DNA of 64,000 nucleotides from Chrysomallon squamiferum (lineage: Eukaryota; Animalia; Mollusca). The translations under genes and the position numbers were made by a program. Location of the stretch: positions 27,528,001-27,592,000 of the forward strand of contig CM022677.1 of NCBI GenBank assembly GCA_012295275.1, given 5' to 3'. This document shows positions 43,491 to 59,329 of this stretch, piece by piece. The first letter of the stretch is position 1; each line of letters opens with the position of its first letter. The notes below the pieces were generated by a model. The model ran no database searches. It saw only the letters and a list, made by a program, of their open reading frames with translations, and was not told where the DNA came from.

Positions 43491-43554
<64 letters not shown>

Positions 43555-43660
43555 GTGTGTGTGTGTGTGTGTGTGCTAATTATCACACACCGAGGAACAC
43601 TCCAACCAATTAATCGATAACACACACGCATAAATAAACTAAACTAAATAATAAAATGAA

Positions 43661-43723
<63 letters not shown>

Positions 43724-43958
43724 CCCAGCAGATATTAATAGTCAAATAAAAAAAATAAAATAATAGCACTAACTTTAGACTATGAACGAATTTATATATT
43801 TTTATTTTTTTAACTGAAACGTCGGCAGTCATATACTTCCAATTTCCCGGCACAATTCGAAATTATCTTATAATATAATAAACAGTAAAGAGACATAAAC
43901 AATCCAGAAAAACTAATTAAAAAAAAAAAAAAAAAAACCCAAAACCCCCCAGAAAAAC

Positions 43959-44009
<51 letters not shown>

Positions 44010-45251
44010 AATAAATAAATAATGATAACCCTTTTATATTAAACCGAACGGTATTACAGTATCGTTGAAACCAATATAAAATTACTAAAATGGATTGTAG
44101 AGATCGGGAAAAAACGTAAAATTCCTGTGCGCAGACGACATCATAATAATGTCCTGTTGAAAACTCTCGTGCAGAGAATTAATTAAACTTTACAGCTGAA
44201 CAGAAGGCTAGTAACACGAGTAATAACGATAAAAAGTATTCAATCTGCTTTTTTATAGTTATTATATACACAGTACTGATACATCTTGAATGCACAAAAA
44301 CAAATTGTATATCGCGAATCGTACGTTAGCAGATACGAATAACAGAAGTAATAACATTGTCGGTTCAAGTGTCTTTATAGACGGACCAAGCAGAAAAGTT
44401 GACACGCGCAGACGATAAGAAGCGGGTTACTAAAACGCGAAAATAAACTGCCTTTCGTTACTTGCGTCTGCTTACAACGATTATGGCGGACTAGTCAGTT
44501 TCGGCGGAAAGATCAACGTTACTATAACTACACGCGACAGTTAAGCTGCCTCTGACGTCACCAGCTTGTTTCTTTCGTGTCAGCGACTTTGACCTTTCAC
44601 ACTTGGACAGAGACAGACGTAACTTTGTATTCTCTCGCTCAAAGTTTCGCGGGAATGTGTTTGCTGACAAACTGGAAATTGTGCATCAGTTTTTAATTAA
44701 TTATTTGAATAAAAAAAAAAGGATAGATCATCATATTTAGACAAGCAATACAGTGTTAAGAAGATTTTTTTCCAAACAAAAGTTTAAAACGGTGAATTGG
44801 ATATTGAGTGAAAGACTCTGTTTTTGTCAGCTTTCTAAGAAAAGTGGATTTTGATACGAAATGTAACAAATGTAAATAATCTTATTGTTTGGACATCACA
44901 TGAAACTACAAATATTGTCTGCAACAAGTACTACAGAAATTATATTAAATATATATTCGTTTTCTATTTTGGAAGAATTACGTTTTCTGAATTGGGTTGA
45001 AAAAGAAAAGAGAGAAAGCAAAAATAAAACAAGAAAGAAAAGAAGTGAAACCTTTGTTTTCAATAAATACTAAAAGGCCAGGATACATAGTAAGAAAGTA
45101 AAAAAAGGATATTCAGCTGTTAAATAAAAATTTGGAAGGATTTAAATAAAAAATTCCTAAGAAGTTTAATGTACCCTGCTTTGCAATGTTTCATATTACC
45201 ATGAAATACTTGGCTTCGAATATAATGTATTAAAGAAAAAAAGTGGAAGAA

Positions 45252-45298
<47 letters not shown>

Positions 45299-45847
45299 CT
45301 AGAAAAAAACCCCCAGTAACACAGAAACAACAACAACAAAATAACCATAAAAGAACAAAGGAACTAAAAGAAAACGACAAAAGAACACTAAAACTTCAGC
45401 TATAAAATAAAACGAAAGAAGAACAACAATATAAAAATTAAAAAAGGAAAAAAAAAAAAAAAAAAAAAATCCCAAAAATAAAAGGAATCCGCGTTTCATA
45501 AAGAAAAAAAAAAAAAAAAAAAACGTGTAAGAATTAATTCAAAACAATTGTTGTTGACGTTACTCTGTAGATAATTAAATTTTCTTTTGTTTCCTCCGTC
45601 TGGAAACCACGCAACAGGAAAACAGACACACGCGAACACAAAACTGTGTGTTAAATATTTATACACGAACACTGTACTGTGTGTGTGTATGTACGAGAAT
45701 AAGTAAACACAGAGGAGAGAAAAATAACAAAACAAGATGACCAACTCGACAGACAGTAAGTAGAGTTTTTATTTGTATAAGCGAACAATTTCTTTTCAGA
45801 AAAATACTTTAGCTCAGAGAGACAAATATTTTTGAACAAATTCCATT

Positions 45848-45952
<105 letters not shown>

Positions 45953-46478
45953 ACACAAGTATATTAAACATTCGATGTAAAAATAGAATCCAATAGAAAA
46001 TAACTCCAACAATATTTTCTTCAGTTATTAGCCTTATTACTATTGGTATAACTACTACTATTTGTACTACTACTACTACTACTACTACATACAGCTACTA
46101 TTACTGTTGCTTTTATTACACTATTAAGGCACTGCTACTACATATACTATCACGACTACTACTACTAGTATAGTATTACAACTATCACCATCATTATTGC
46201 TGTCATAACTGCCTCCAATATCACCAGCATTCTACAGTTATTACTACTATTATTTGTACTACCCTTGCTATACTACCACTACCACTTAATGCTGTATATC
46301 GTTTGCTACTACTACTACTACAATTACTATAAGTATATTTAATGGTTTTATTATTGAGTATTGTTTAATTTCTACTTATTCTTCCTCTGAATGTCTTTCT
46401 CTCTCTCTCTCTCTGAATTTTGTTGATATATATATTTTTTTAATATATTCTTCTTCACCCATTATTTCGTTCTTTTCA

Positions 46479-46572
<94 letters not shown>

Positions 46573-46825
46573 AGAAATCAGTATTATATTTCTTATCTTT
46601 ACTGACTTATATTAACCTTTTGACATCCATCTAATCTAATGGTGGCTTGTATTATAAGGGTGTGTGTATAAATAACGGTATTTCACGTAGGTAAATACGT
46701 ACACTAACACACGTTCCGAGACTTACTAGCTTTACTTCGGTCACGGTTGGTGCATTTTAATAACAGTAAATCTTCACATGACATTTTGATTGACTTGTTA
46801 TTAATATGGAATGGCTTCCTACCAA

Positions 46826-46859
<34 letters not shown>

Positions 46860-46919
46860 ACAAAAAGAAAAAACGCGATTTTTTTGTAGTAAAGAATATT
46901 ATTACAATATTAAGGGAAA

Positions 46920-46954
<35 letters not shown>

Positions 46955-47525
46955 AAATCCCAAACAAAACAAAAACAAACAAGAAAAACTGAGAAACATA
47001 AACGAATAAGAAAAATACACATACAAATACTTATGGTACACAGATACACACACATACATACGTACACATGGACAAACATTCACTTGTAGAAAACTCGTGT
47101 GTACAAGAGTGTGTGTGTGTGTGTGTGTGTGTGTGCGTATACACATCTGTGTTATATAGATATACCTCTGTCTTCGTAATGTGTACCTGACACCCCCCCC
47201 ACACACACATATACATACAAAAACACACCGAAAAAATATACAGGGTACACAGTATAATCACTTTTGAAATTCATGAAAGCAGTGATAAAAAGAAAAATAT
47301 GAAAACAACTAAATATGATTTTGGCCAACTAAGGGACACAATAATTATTTAAACAAAATGTATACGCAAATAATAACATATGCATACACATACAGACAGA
47401 CATGTATATGATATAAATCACAGAACACTGAATCGATACAAATACAGTGAGACAAACAGACAAGAAACAGACAGACAGACAGATGCATTGATAAAGGTAT
47501 ATTATAACGGTGTCTATATATATAA

Positions 47526-47871
47526 CGGTATTCCATGTAGGTAAATACGTACAATAATATACGCTCTGATAATAAGATAAACAAACAGTCTGACAGACAG
47601 ACAGATAGACAGACAGACAGACACCCACATATATATGTATATTTGTATATTTATATTGGTAGCTAGCTAGGTAATCAGATATATAGATATACTGATTGTC
47701 TGATAGATAGACAGAGAAACAAACTGATAGGTGGATAGATAGACGGACATACAAACACTTAGACAAATACATGTAGATTATATAGATAGATAGACGGATG
47801 GATGGATGGATTAATGAATGAACAGACGAACAGAAACTATTATTGTACGTAGTTACCTACGTGGAATACCG
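47526..47871. mobile_element. MITE-like element bounded by 34-bp inverted repeats
   Basis: CGGTATTCCATGTAGGTAAATACGTACAATAATA (47526-47559) matches the reverse complement of 47838-47871 at 32/34; TA-rich flanks; a third copy of the end at 46676-46709. Confidence 0.6.
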
Positions 47872-48099
47872 GAATATATATATATATATATCAATCTATC
47901 TATCATGTCGCAAATCTATCAAATCTATCTATATCTATCTATCTATCTATCTATCTATATATATACCAGATAACAACGTGGACACGTGACGGACGACGTC
48001 GACGTCAACGGATGTAACCTAAAACCAGTACTGGTCACTAAACAACTGAGACCAGTCACCTTTATCATTGATGGGTAGAGGTGACGACATGTAAATACA

Positions 48100-48299
48100 T
48101 ATGTATGTATGTATGTATGTGTGTATGTATGTATGTATGTGTGTGTGTATGTATGTATGTATGTATGTATGTATGTATGTATGTATGTATGTATGTATGT
48201 ATGTATGTATGTATGTATGTATGTGTGTGTGTATGTATGTATGTATGTATGTATGTATATGTATGTGTGTGTATGTATGTATATGTATGTATGTATGTG

Positions 48300-48331
<32 letters not shown>

Positions 48332-48529
48332 TGTATGTATATATATATGTGTATGTATAAATGTATGTATGTATGTGTGTGTGTATAAATGTATGTATGT
48401 ATGTATGTATATGTATGTATAAATGTATGTATGTGTGTATGTATGTATGTATGTATGTGTGTATGTATAAATGTATGTATGTATGTATGTGTGTATGTGT
48501 GTATGTATGTATGTACGTATGTGTATATG

Positions 48530-48562
<33 letters not shown>

Positions 48563-48715
48563 GTGTATGTATGTATGTATGTATGTGTGTATGTATGTAT
48601 GTACGTATGTACGTATGCATGTGTATGTATATATGTGTATGTATGTATGTATGTATGTATGTATGTATGTATGTATGTACGTATGCATGTGTATGTGTGT
48701 GTATATATATAAATA
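48100..48715. repeat. Long compound (GTAT)n microsatellite
   Basis: About 600 bp of GTAT/GT units. Confidence 0.95.
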
Positions 48716-49215
48716 CATAGTACATGTTTCTACAACTCGCACAGTTGCAGAGCAGCTTTAGTTTTCCGTAGTCCAGAACTATGTCATAATTTATGCATTC
48801 TTGTGACGTCACCAGATAATTTATGTCCTTTTGTTTCTTGGCAACAACGCCAGGGGCACAAAACACGATAATTCACGACATCATCGCCGTGAGCGACGTT
48901 GAAGCTGTGCAAACACGACTGATGTGTTTGCAACAAACAGGTCCAATTGTGTTTTCGTTGTTGATAGTTTGTCGGAACGGTTATAAATAAAAGGAATGTA
49001 ATTTGACCAACACCTGTTCTGTTAGCGATAGTCAAGTGATTCTGATGACGTCACCATACATCTGATGTCGTCTCTTCGTAGATTATTTTTAGCATGTAGC
49101 AGCAAGAAATGTTTTTCAAGTTTTCTTGTTCTTTTGAAACGCCTTTATGTATGTATGTATGTATGTATGTATATATGTATGTATGTATGTATGTATATGT
49201 ATGTATGTATGTATG

Positions 49216-49249
<34 letters not shown>

Positions 49250-51242
49250 TGTGTTTGTTTTATTTTAATTTATAGAACATAAGTGTCCGGAAGTTTGAAG
49301 AATTAGATAATTAGAAAGGGATGAAAATAAATTATTGTTATTATTTTTAATCTGTTGCCAAATATCAATGATGTAAATATTTTATTTATAAATAAATAAA
49401 TAAATAAATAAATAAATACTATTCCTCCTCCTCCTCCTCATCCTCATTCCTACTACTACTGCTACTACTACTACTACTATTACTACTACTACTATTACTA
49501 TTACTACTACTACTACTAATAATAATAATATTCCTAAACAAAAAAATTCTTTGCAAATGTCAAAGAAAAATACATTTTACATTCCACACTTACACATATA
49601 CTTCTTGACATTTATTCAATCATGTATTTTAACATATTAACTTTATAAAATTTAAACGTATGAACGTCAGCTATATACTGATCTATATAAAGGTTTTCAA
49701 TGTAGGTAAGGGTTTCAGACTATTGTACGTAAAAAAAAAAAAAAAAAAAATGGTAATATGCCAGAGGGCATATAAACTGTATCTTGTAATTGATATTATC
49801 TATCTATTTACATTTAGTTATTTGTTTAATATTGATTTTTTAATTATTAATCTGAATAAACAGATGCAAAACCCTTCCGGAACATTTTCTTAAAGTGTAT
49901 TTAATTATATTATGATCAGAGAACAATCGATTATAGATAGGCATATTGATATTTATTTATTTAAAAAAATTATAGTTATAAAATAATAAGAAGAATGAAA
50001 GACGGAGGGGGGGGAATAATAATAATAAAGTAGATTTACTGTGAAAGAAAGAGAGAAAGAAAGAACACGTCAAAATAAAATTAACATAGATCAACTAAAA
50101 ATAATATTTAAAATTAAATTAAATAAGAAAAGAAAAACAAACATTCAAAATTAAATACATCTGAATAATGAATAAATAAACAAAAATAAAGAAAGAGATA
50201 TTTTACAAAAAAGAATCAAACAAAATTAATAATCTAGAAGGCTTTTACAAACTCATAATAAATTAAAATATAAACAGATGAAAAATTAAACAAAAAAATT
50301 AAATATAGAAAGCAATGACCAGGAAAACAAAATGAAGGGAAATATTCGCCTCCGTAAATTCTGCACTTTTCGACTTTTAAACAATAAATAATAAATGAAA
50401 AATTGAAGGAAAGCGATGTTTGTTGCAAGTCAACAGGAAAAACAGAAAGTCATCATCAACGCCAACTTTGTCAATTTCAGGGCGAGAAATAAACACGTGA
50501 TTTATTTGCACGTGACACAGACGTCATATTTCGACTTCAAATCGAAAACAAGCAATGCAAATTAATTGTTGGAACTTGTGATTTATCGTCCTTGATTATT
50601 TCTTTGACAGAATCACGCGAATGGTTTGCAAAGGTGTCGCTTTATGATTACTGCACAGCGACATAATAATATTTAATGTCGTCATAATGATCGTGACGTC
50701 ATTAACGAACAGACATTAGCAGCGTCAATAGAAACAGGTCAAAACGGATTCAAATAAAATTATGTTTATTTTGAAGATACTTTCCAGAATTGTGTTTATT
50801 TTGAAGAGATCTGTAAGAAATAAATGGGGAGAGAGAGAAAAAAATTAATAATGTTGTAAAGATGGGGCTGAAATGAGTTCAGGAAATAAATGGGAGAAAT
50901 GGAAAAAGGAGGAGGAAAATAAAGAATGAAAGAAAAGGTTTCTAAATGAATGAATAAAGATGTTTGTTCTAACATACATGAAATAAAACCAACAAATAGT
51001 AACACTACAACTGCTATCACAACAACTACTGTAACCACCATTACCACCATCACCACCACCACTACTACTACTACTACTACTTCTATTTTTAGTAGCCCAT
51101 TATTACTATACCTACTGCCATTACTACAGTTGCTCTGTTACTACTAGTACTATTTCTACTATTAGTACTACTACTATAACTAGTACAGCAGCTGCAAATT
51201 TTATTTCAACTATCGTTTCTACTACTGCTACTAAAATTATTA

Positions 51243-51291
<49 letters not shown>

Positions 51292-51393
51292 AAATATTAC
51301 TACTACCATCACTAATACTACAACCATAACTACTACTACAACCATAACTACTGTTACAAACTAGTTCGTAACCGAGTTTGATCATGTGATGTA

Positions 51394-51628
51394 CATTGTG
51401 TCCACAAAGTCTGGCTACATAAGTAAAATAAATAGGTTGTCTATTAGGGTGTCTAAGGTTGAATTCTTCTGCAACTTTGCGATAAGACCATCCTTCTCGT
51501 CCACTTAAGAGTACCAACTCGATTCTTTCTTCTTTAGACAGAGTCATCATTCGATCTGGGTAAGAAAAATAACATAAATAAATAACATAGTAAAATTCCC
51601 CATGTACCCAGGCTTTGTAGACACCCTG
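51394..51628 (-). mobile_element. Internally deleted Tc1/mariner-superfamily element, 235 bp, retaining the transposase N-terminus
   Basis: 27-bp TIRs CATTGTGTCCACAAAGTCTGGCTACAT and CAGGGTGTCTACAAAGCCTGGGTACAT (22/27), TA on both sides; internal ORF MTLSKEERIELVLLSGREGWSYRKVAEEFNLRHPNRQPI resembles a transposase HTH. Confidence 0.85.
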
Positions 51629-51957
51629 TACATTGTTTCAGCAGCAATAACCTAGCTCTCGCAGTCTTTATTATCTAAAAAAACAATTTCACCCCAAAAT
51701 ATATATATGGTTTTTTTTTTTCTTAGTCAAAACGCTGATCAATAAATGTCAGATTTTTGGCTATTACTGGATCGATATAATCCTAATACTAATCATAATC
51801 TGAAATATTAATGACGACTTCGTAGACGAAAACAGATTTTCGACTGAAATAAGCTTATAAATAAAAGCTTGATGAAAATAGCTTGATAGGCTTAACTGAA
51901 GAAGACAATGTGGAATAGATGGAGGAATATATAAACATGGATAGATGGGAAAATTTA

Positions 51958-52020
51958 CGTACATACATACATACATACGTACATATACATACATACATTC
52001 TTATTTATAGATACACATAC

Positions 52021-52055
<35 letters not shown>

Positions 52056-52280
52056 CATACATACAAACATTCATACATACATACATACATACATACATAC
52101 ATACATACATACACATATACATACATACTTATTTATATATACACACATACATACATTCATTTACATACATACATACATACACATACATATTTATATATAC
52201 ACACACATACATACATACATATATACAAACAGACAGATAGATACATAAACACATACATACATACATACGCACATACATAA
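51958..52280. repeat. Compound (CATA)n microsatellite
   Basis: Direct inspection. Confidence 0.92.
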
Positions 52281-52463
52281 ACAAAATTGACAGATATAGC
52301 AATCAAACTTTCTATATCATGAGACATACATAAATGTAGTAGCAGTGGTGGTGGTTCTTATTTATATAATAGTACATACATAACAATAACATACATAAAC
52401 ACATACATACTACTACTATAAACACATAATAATAATAATAATTCTTAATTTAATATAATAATA

Positions 52464-52498
<35 letters not shown>

Positions 52499-52943
52499 TA
52501 AGAAGAAAGAAGAAAACCGTGTTCTATTGAAGAAATAGTTGACTACCTTAGCGGATGATTATAACATTAATAACTACAATGAAATCAATCAAACGTTTAT
52601 TTAAGGGTAAAAGTTAATTAATATCGTCTAACGTTCTCGTCAAACGAAAGCAGACTTTCTTCGGAGTAATGATTTCGTGGTAAGATCGTCTGCTACAGTG
52701 ATTGCGCGCGCTTTCGCACGAGAAACCCGAAAGCTCTTTAATATTTGAAACTAGGTGTTGTTTGCCTACGTAGGTACGTTGTGTGGGAAATTGGGGGAGA
52801 AGGGTGGCAACTGTAAAAGGTCGGTGAACTTCAGTAAATACGAAAAATCACGTCTCGGTTACCATGGAGATAATTGTACGTGTAGGAAAGGTCACGCGGG
52901 GTCTCTCACAGTAGTTAATTGTTTTGTTTTTCGAGAAATTATT

Positions 52944-52974
<31 letters not shown>

Positions 52975-53104
52975 GTAATAATAATAATAATAGTTTTGTT
53001 GTTATTACTACTACTACAACTCTAGCCACGATTAGTACTACTGCTACTGCTGCTGCTGCTGCTGCTACCACCACTATTTTATATTCTATGTTTGTGTTTC
53101 TTTT

Positions 53105-53141
<37 letters not shown>

Positions 53142-54240
53142 ATTATCACGCTGAAACAACATACTCATTCTCCTGTTTTAATCTAGAACACAAATTGCCA
53201 TTCTAACCTGTAAAACAGTTTTGCATGTCCGAAAGTTACGGCAATTATAATTATTTACTCTCCTGTTTATGAGGTAGTACACGTAGAAAAATTCTTCTTG
53301 CTAATCCGTAAGAGTAATGGGAAAAGATTAATATAAATTTTGCTCAGCTTCTGTTTAAGAAATGTTTTCTGTTAAATGGTGATAGCTAATTTCCTTATTC
53401 ATGTGTCAGGTATAAAATATGCTGATAATACTGCTGAGAAACTATTAAAATTAAAATGTAGGCTGAAATATAGTGAAATAAAAAAAATTTCTTCGTTTTA
53501 GTCTTCATTTGTTCTTTATTAAGTAATTATTAAAATCTTTTTTTTCTTTAAGTCATTTATTTTATTTTATTAATTTATGTTTTTCCTACATTTACCCACT
53601 CTTTTTTCATTCATTCTTCTTCATTTAATTTTCATTTATTCATATTTTCATTCGTTCAGTTACTAATTTATTCTTCATTCATTCTTTAATTCATTCATCT
53701 TCGTTCCTTTTCACTTTATCTTCCTTCCATCTCTCCTTTTTTTGTTCTTCATTCATTCATTAATTTTAATTCTTCCGTTTATTCATCCTCCATTCTTTCA
53801 TTCTTTTATGTCTCAAGCTGAATCTGTGTGTGTGTGTGTGTGTGTGTGTCTGTCTGTCTGTGTGCGTCCGTTCATCTGTGAGGCTGTAAAGAGGCCAGTC
53901 TCGTCTGTCAACTTGGGTTGCAGACGTTACTAAAGAGGGCGGAAATGGCGCGAAATGTTACACCCCCCTCACCTCAGTTGGTGTCTAAATGTCAGTTTCC
54001 TTTTTTCAGGGTTTTTTTCCCGATAGACAGTTTGGTTGGGTTAAGGCGTCAAGTTTTCTTCTCTCTCTTTTTTTTTTTTTTTTTTTTGTTGAGAATATCG
54101 ATTTTCTTTTGTTCCTTTCATACAGATTTTTTTTTTTTTTTTTTTTAATTTTTTTTTTTATAGGTTTTCTTCTTCAGTTTTTTTTTCTCTAAAATATAGA
54201 TATTATTATTAAAATGGCTGGAGTCAAGAATTTTAAAAGG

Positions 54241-54274
<34 letters not shown>

Positions 54275-55292
54275 ATTATTATTAGTAGTAGTAGTATAAT
54301 TATTATTGTTGTTGTTGTTGTTGTTTTTTCATGGATCAGCAATTGCAACAAATAAATAAATAAATAAATAAAGTTTCCTCAGTATAAATATATAAATCAA
54401 AAAAAAAAAAAAAAAAACAACTATAATAAACCGTTTTTAAAATAAATATGAAGAAACACATGTCAACAATAATTAATACAGAGGTTTCGCAGTAATAAAT
54501 CAAAACAATTCAATTAAATAAAATTATATTGAAATAAAAGGGCAAAAAAACAACAACAAAAAAACCCAAAACAAAAAAAAACAACAACAAACAAAAAACC
54601 CACACAAAACAACAACAACAACAAACAAACGACGAACCAACAATAAAAATTAATTAAGATATTAAAAAAAATATTCCTGCTTCACACAGACGACAGGTGT
54701 CATACATTTTACGAATCAGACAGAAGACAGACGACATTGACATCCGAACTTCCATATCGGAAAAAACAAAGCGACATAGCAAATCCTTTTGAAGAAGAAT
54801 TCATATAAATGCCTTCTCCTTCGACACCGCCCTGATATTTGTATATTTCCCTCTTCCTTTAAATTCCTGCGACGAAAAAACCACAAAGGCACTCTCTGTT
54901 AATTCCAAGGTCATTGTCATTTTCATCAGTCTACGTTGATCCGTCGAGTTATTTTAGGCGGCCATTTTGTTTGCAATCCGCCATGACGTAAACATTGAAA
55001 TAAACACTGCCAAGAGTTTTTTTTTTTTTTTTAGCGTTCTGGCTTGACTGTAAGCTTATGTTGTTTTTTTTTTTTTTTTTTTTTACATCGTCATTACTGT
55101 CTACGAGAGTTTTTGAAACAAGCTTAGCTATTGGACAGAGCTTAGGGTAAAGAGTGAAGTGAAAAATTAGCAGACGACAGAACTCGTTTGTGTTCGTATA
55201 GCGGGAAGTCGTCAACTGCTCTCGTGTTGTAATCCGTTCTGTAGTTTGTACTTTTACTTCATTTCTGTTTCTCGGATCTGTTAGCTGCAGTG

Positions 55293-55311
55293 ATGTTGAC
55301 CTTTTCTAAAG
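55293..55311 (+). CDS. Candidate first coding exon end of the sushi-TM gene (ATG TTG ACC TTT TCT AAA G)
   Basis: AAG/gtaaac phase-1 donor, in frame with the sushi exon; downstream of a CpG-rich region with YY1-like GCCATTTTG at ~54961. Confidence 0.45.
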
Positions 55312-55557
55312 GTAAACGTTTTATTTATGTTGATAATTTTATTTAATTTTTTTTTTTTTTTTCAACATATTGTTCATAATCATCGTCATCATGATAAGCA
55401 TAATCATCACAATTCATCGTTCGTTTCTGTCTAAAAATTGATATTATTATTTCTATCTTATATTGTTTATGTTCTTTTCTTCTTCTTCTTCTCTTTATTA
55501 TTATTACTAATACTACTACTATTTGTATTACTGTTTTTTATTACAGTTATTGTTATT

Positions 55558-55594
<37 letters not shown>

Positions 55595-56877
55595 TTACTA
55601 CTATACTACTATTTTTATTACAATTTGTATTGTTGTTGTTGTTACTGTTGATAATGTTGTCGTCGGAGATATGTAACCGCGTCCTTCTACTACTACCACT
55701 ACCACTGCTAGTAGTGTTACTAAATTATAACAACTACTACTGTAATAAACAACAACTGCAGCTACTTCAATCACTGCTGAATACTTCAACTTCAACTACC
55801 ACTTATACCGTTGTACTATTACAGTAACAACAAGTGCTCCTAGTACTACAGCTACATCATCATCATCTTCATCATCATCATCTACACTTATAAATACTTA
55901 GATTATAACTGGTGTTTGTTTTGCTTTTTATTTATAAATCATTATTATTATTATTTTTTTAAATCTATCACGTTGTAAGAAAATAATTTACTATACATAC
56001 ATAACACACAGACACAGACACACACACACACACGCAGATACACACAGACAGAGACATACAGACATTATATACATCTTTCAGTAGGTAAACGCATTTGTTA
56101 ACTATGCGAAAATTAACGCATACCTTCTCTTTTTGCATCTGTCTTAGTCTCTGAATCTGTGTCACTCTCTCTCTCAACCTGTCTGTATTTCTGTGACATC
56201 CTCAAAGTCTCTGTTTGTATGATTGTACAAAATACATCGTTTTTTGTTGTTTTTTTCTACTTTGGTTTAGACCACGTAAATCAGTAACAACAAGAATATT
56301 AAAATAATAATTAAAATAATAACAAATGAATGGATATTTAAATAAATAAAAATATAAATAAATAAATAAATGATTCAGAAGAAATAAAACAAACGCTAAG
56401 AAGATTTAAAAACCGACACGTGATATCTAGCATTCTGACGTTCTTAATGACGTCATCTTGTTTTAAATCGTTGTAAAACAGATTTCCTTGTTTTGCACTT
56501 TGTCTTGTGTCACTGCAGTACTGGCCTATATTTTAAACTCTGATCTAGAATTTTAGTAAAAACGCTTACTTATCTTTTCTGTCTGCCTGACAAATCTTTA
56601 ACGTGATGGCAGCATTAAAGAAAAGCTCAACATTTCCGTATTTTTATTCTGGTCTAATCAGATAAGAATATATGCTAATAATAATAATAAATAAATAAAT
56701 AAATAAATAAATATAAACGTAAATAAAAGATAATAAATAAAAACAATGTATGATGATAATATGACTTATTTAATCTGCATTATCTTTTAATTTTATTTCT
56801 AAAACTTATAATCTAAAGTTTTCTAATAATATATACAAGTATCAAGTGTGTAATCTTTATTAATCTTGGAATAATCC

Positions 56878-56908
<31 letters not shown>

Positions 56909-58918
56909 GTTATTTAAACTTTTCTATTGATAAAAGAAAATTTTGTTCTTGTCATTTATACCTTTACCTGAATTTCAAACAGTTTATATTTAGATTTTAT
57001 AACCGTTACTGTCAACAAAATATAACTACAGAATAGACGCAGGTAAAATTATCTAAAAATAAATTATTACAAATGAATGACCTATGTAAACGTATATAAA
57101 TTTGTTTATTCATAAATTTAAATTTTAAAATATTTATAAACAAGGTTTTCCTAATAATATTTAAATTACCGTGACGTATGTACTTGTTTTGTATAATTTA
57201 CTGATTTTCAGTTTATGAAATATAAAAATGTCGAAATTAAGCCTTCACCAGATAACAAGGATAAATCAATTTAATATGTATTGACATACAGTCCATTTTA
57301 ATCGTTTATTTTTGTATTTGATTATCTATTTACTAAAACTAAAATTAAAGCATATAATCAGTTGTATAGTAAACTGCTTTACTTGAATTAAAAAAAAATC
57401 TGTTGTTTGCGTCTAATCTTTTTTAATAATAAAGAATAACGAAATAAAAATATATCAACTGTATTTCCTTAACACGGTCACTCATCCCTTCTCTCTACGA
57501 CGTGACGTCATGTCGTGTATAGGGATTTAAAACAATGTCCCTGACTAACTGACATAACAGCTTTCTATATAAATCAAGACTTAACTGTATTTTACTGTTT
57601 TACTGATGTTTATTTTCTATACATATCCATTCGTGAATAACACTTAATTATATACGAATTTAGATTACCTTTCCTACCCCAGTATTAATTTTTTTAATGA
57701 ATTTTAGGGAAATAATATATGAAAAATTTACATTAGCTTATCAGTTCACTGTTGAATGTTTCGTATTCCTTGTTAAAAACCTAGATTTAAAATTTTAATT
57801 TCTTTGATTCAGCCAGTACAGCAAATCTTTTTTTTTTTTTTTTTTACACTTTTATTTTTTTGATTTTACACATCTGCAGTCAGTTCTACGAGTAAGCCAT
57901 TACAGAGAACCGATCCTGAAACCTCCAGTTAACTCTTAACTAGCTGCGATCTCACAGCCATCTCTTCAAGACGCAAAAGCAAGTGAATCCTTGGCGTCAT
58001 GATGTCTTTTTTCTTCTCCTTATTTCTATTGGTTTACTTAAGTTTAAGTTGCCGTGACGTAATGATGACGTAATTGCGACGTAAACACGACACACTTCAC
58101 CCCGGTTTTGAGGTAGTTCGTTATCTATTTGGTGTACGCTGCCAAAAATGTATATCCCACCATTTGTTTATTTTTGCACGCTTGTGCCAAAACGTAATGC
58201 AGTAGTTTATTGGCCAGCTTGCACAATTTAAGGACATATCATTAGAACAGACAGATATAAGTGTATTTGTGTATGTGTATATGTGGTTTCATTTGTGTGT
58301 GTGTTTGTGTGTGTGTGTGTACAGTTGTATCACTAATATGTATTAATTTATGTGTATAATGCTCTCGATATGCATGTTTTTACGTATACATCTGCATAAT
58401 GGGTTTATTTCTGTGTTTCTGTGTTTATTATGCGTGTGAGTGTGAGCTTGTGCGTGTGAATTTGGCCATCGATTAATTGGTTGAAGTGTTCTTCAGTAGT
58501 GTACTAATTAACACACACACACACACACGCAGAGAGAGAGAGAGAGAGAGAGAGAGTAGACGGAAACTAAATTTTAAATTCTCTGAATTCAAGCTGACCT
58601 CTGAACCTTTCAGTGTACCGTTATCTCCAAACAGAAACAACGCGACCTCCACTTTAATACAGCAAACTTTGAGTTTCATTCTCTGTGACTGATGAGTGGT
58701 TAGAACGTGTGAAAACATCGTCTGCAAAACTTAACATTGTTATGCTTGTCAGTTTGTGGTCACTGAAGGTCACTAACGGGACCCTTTCCAAGAGCAGTCA
58801 AGCATTGTCCTTTTGCGGCCAAATAACGTAATCACAGGGTCCTTTGACAACAACGTCGACAAAAGCATATCAAAGTAAATATTTGTGTAACATAGACAGA
58901 GAGAAAATATGAGGTAAA

Positions 58919-58955
<37 letters not shown>

Positions 58956-59297
58956 TATAATAATAATAATAATAATAATATAAAAATAATACAAAGAAAA
59001 AGAAAAAAGAAAGAAAGAAGAAAAGAAAAAGAACGATAAGAGAGATAAACACATACAAAGGGAAATAAATGATAAGATGTAAAGAAGAAAGAGAAGATAG
59101 AAAGAATAAAAAAGAAAAGAAATGTGATGTTGATAAATAGGTAGATAGACAGAGAGATAGAATAAATATATAAAAGGATAACCGAGAGTGAGAGAGATAG
59201 ATACAGATATATAGTTATAAATATAAAGAACGATATATCTATTTGTGTCTATATATATATATAGTTATAAATATAAAGAAAGATATATCTATTTGTG

Positions 59298-59329
<32 letters not shown>

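Noticed and set aside
47955-48866. Longest ORFs in the track (303 aa and overlapping HTYI/MYVC ORFs)
   Set aside because: They are translations of the (GTAT)n microsatellite, open in most frames, with no splice or domain support.
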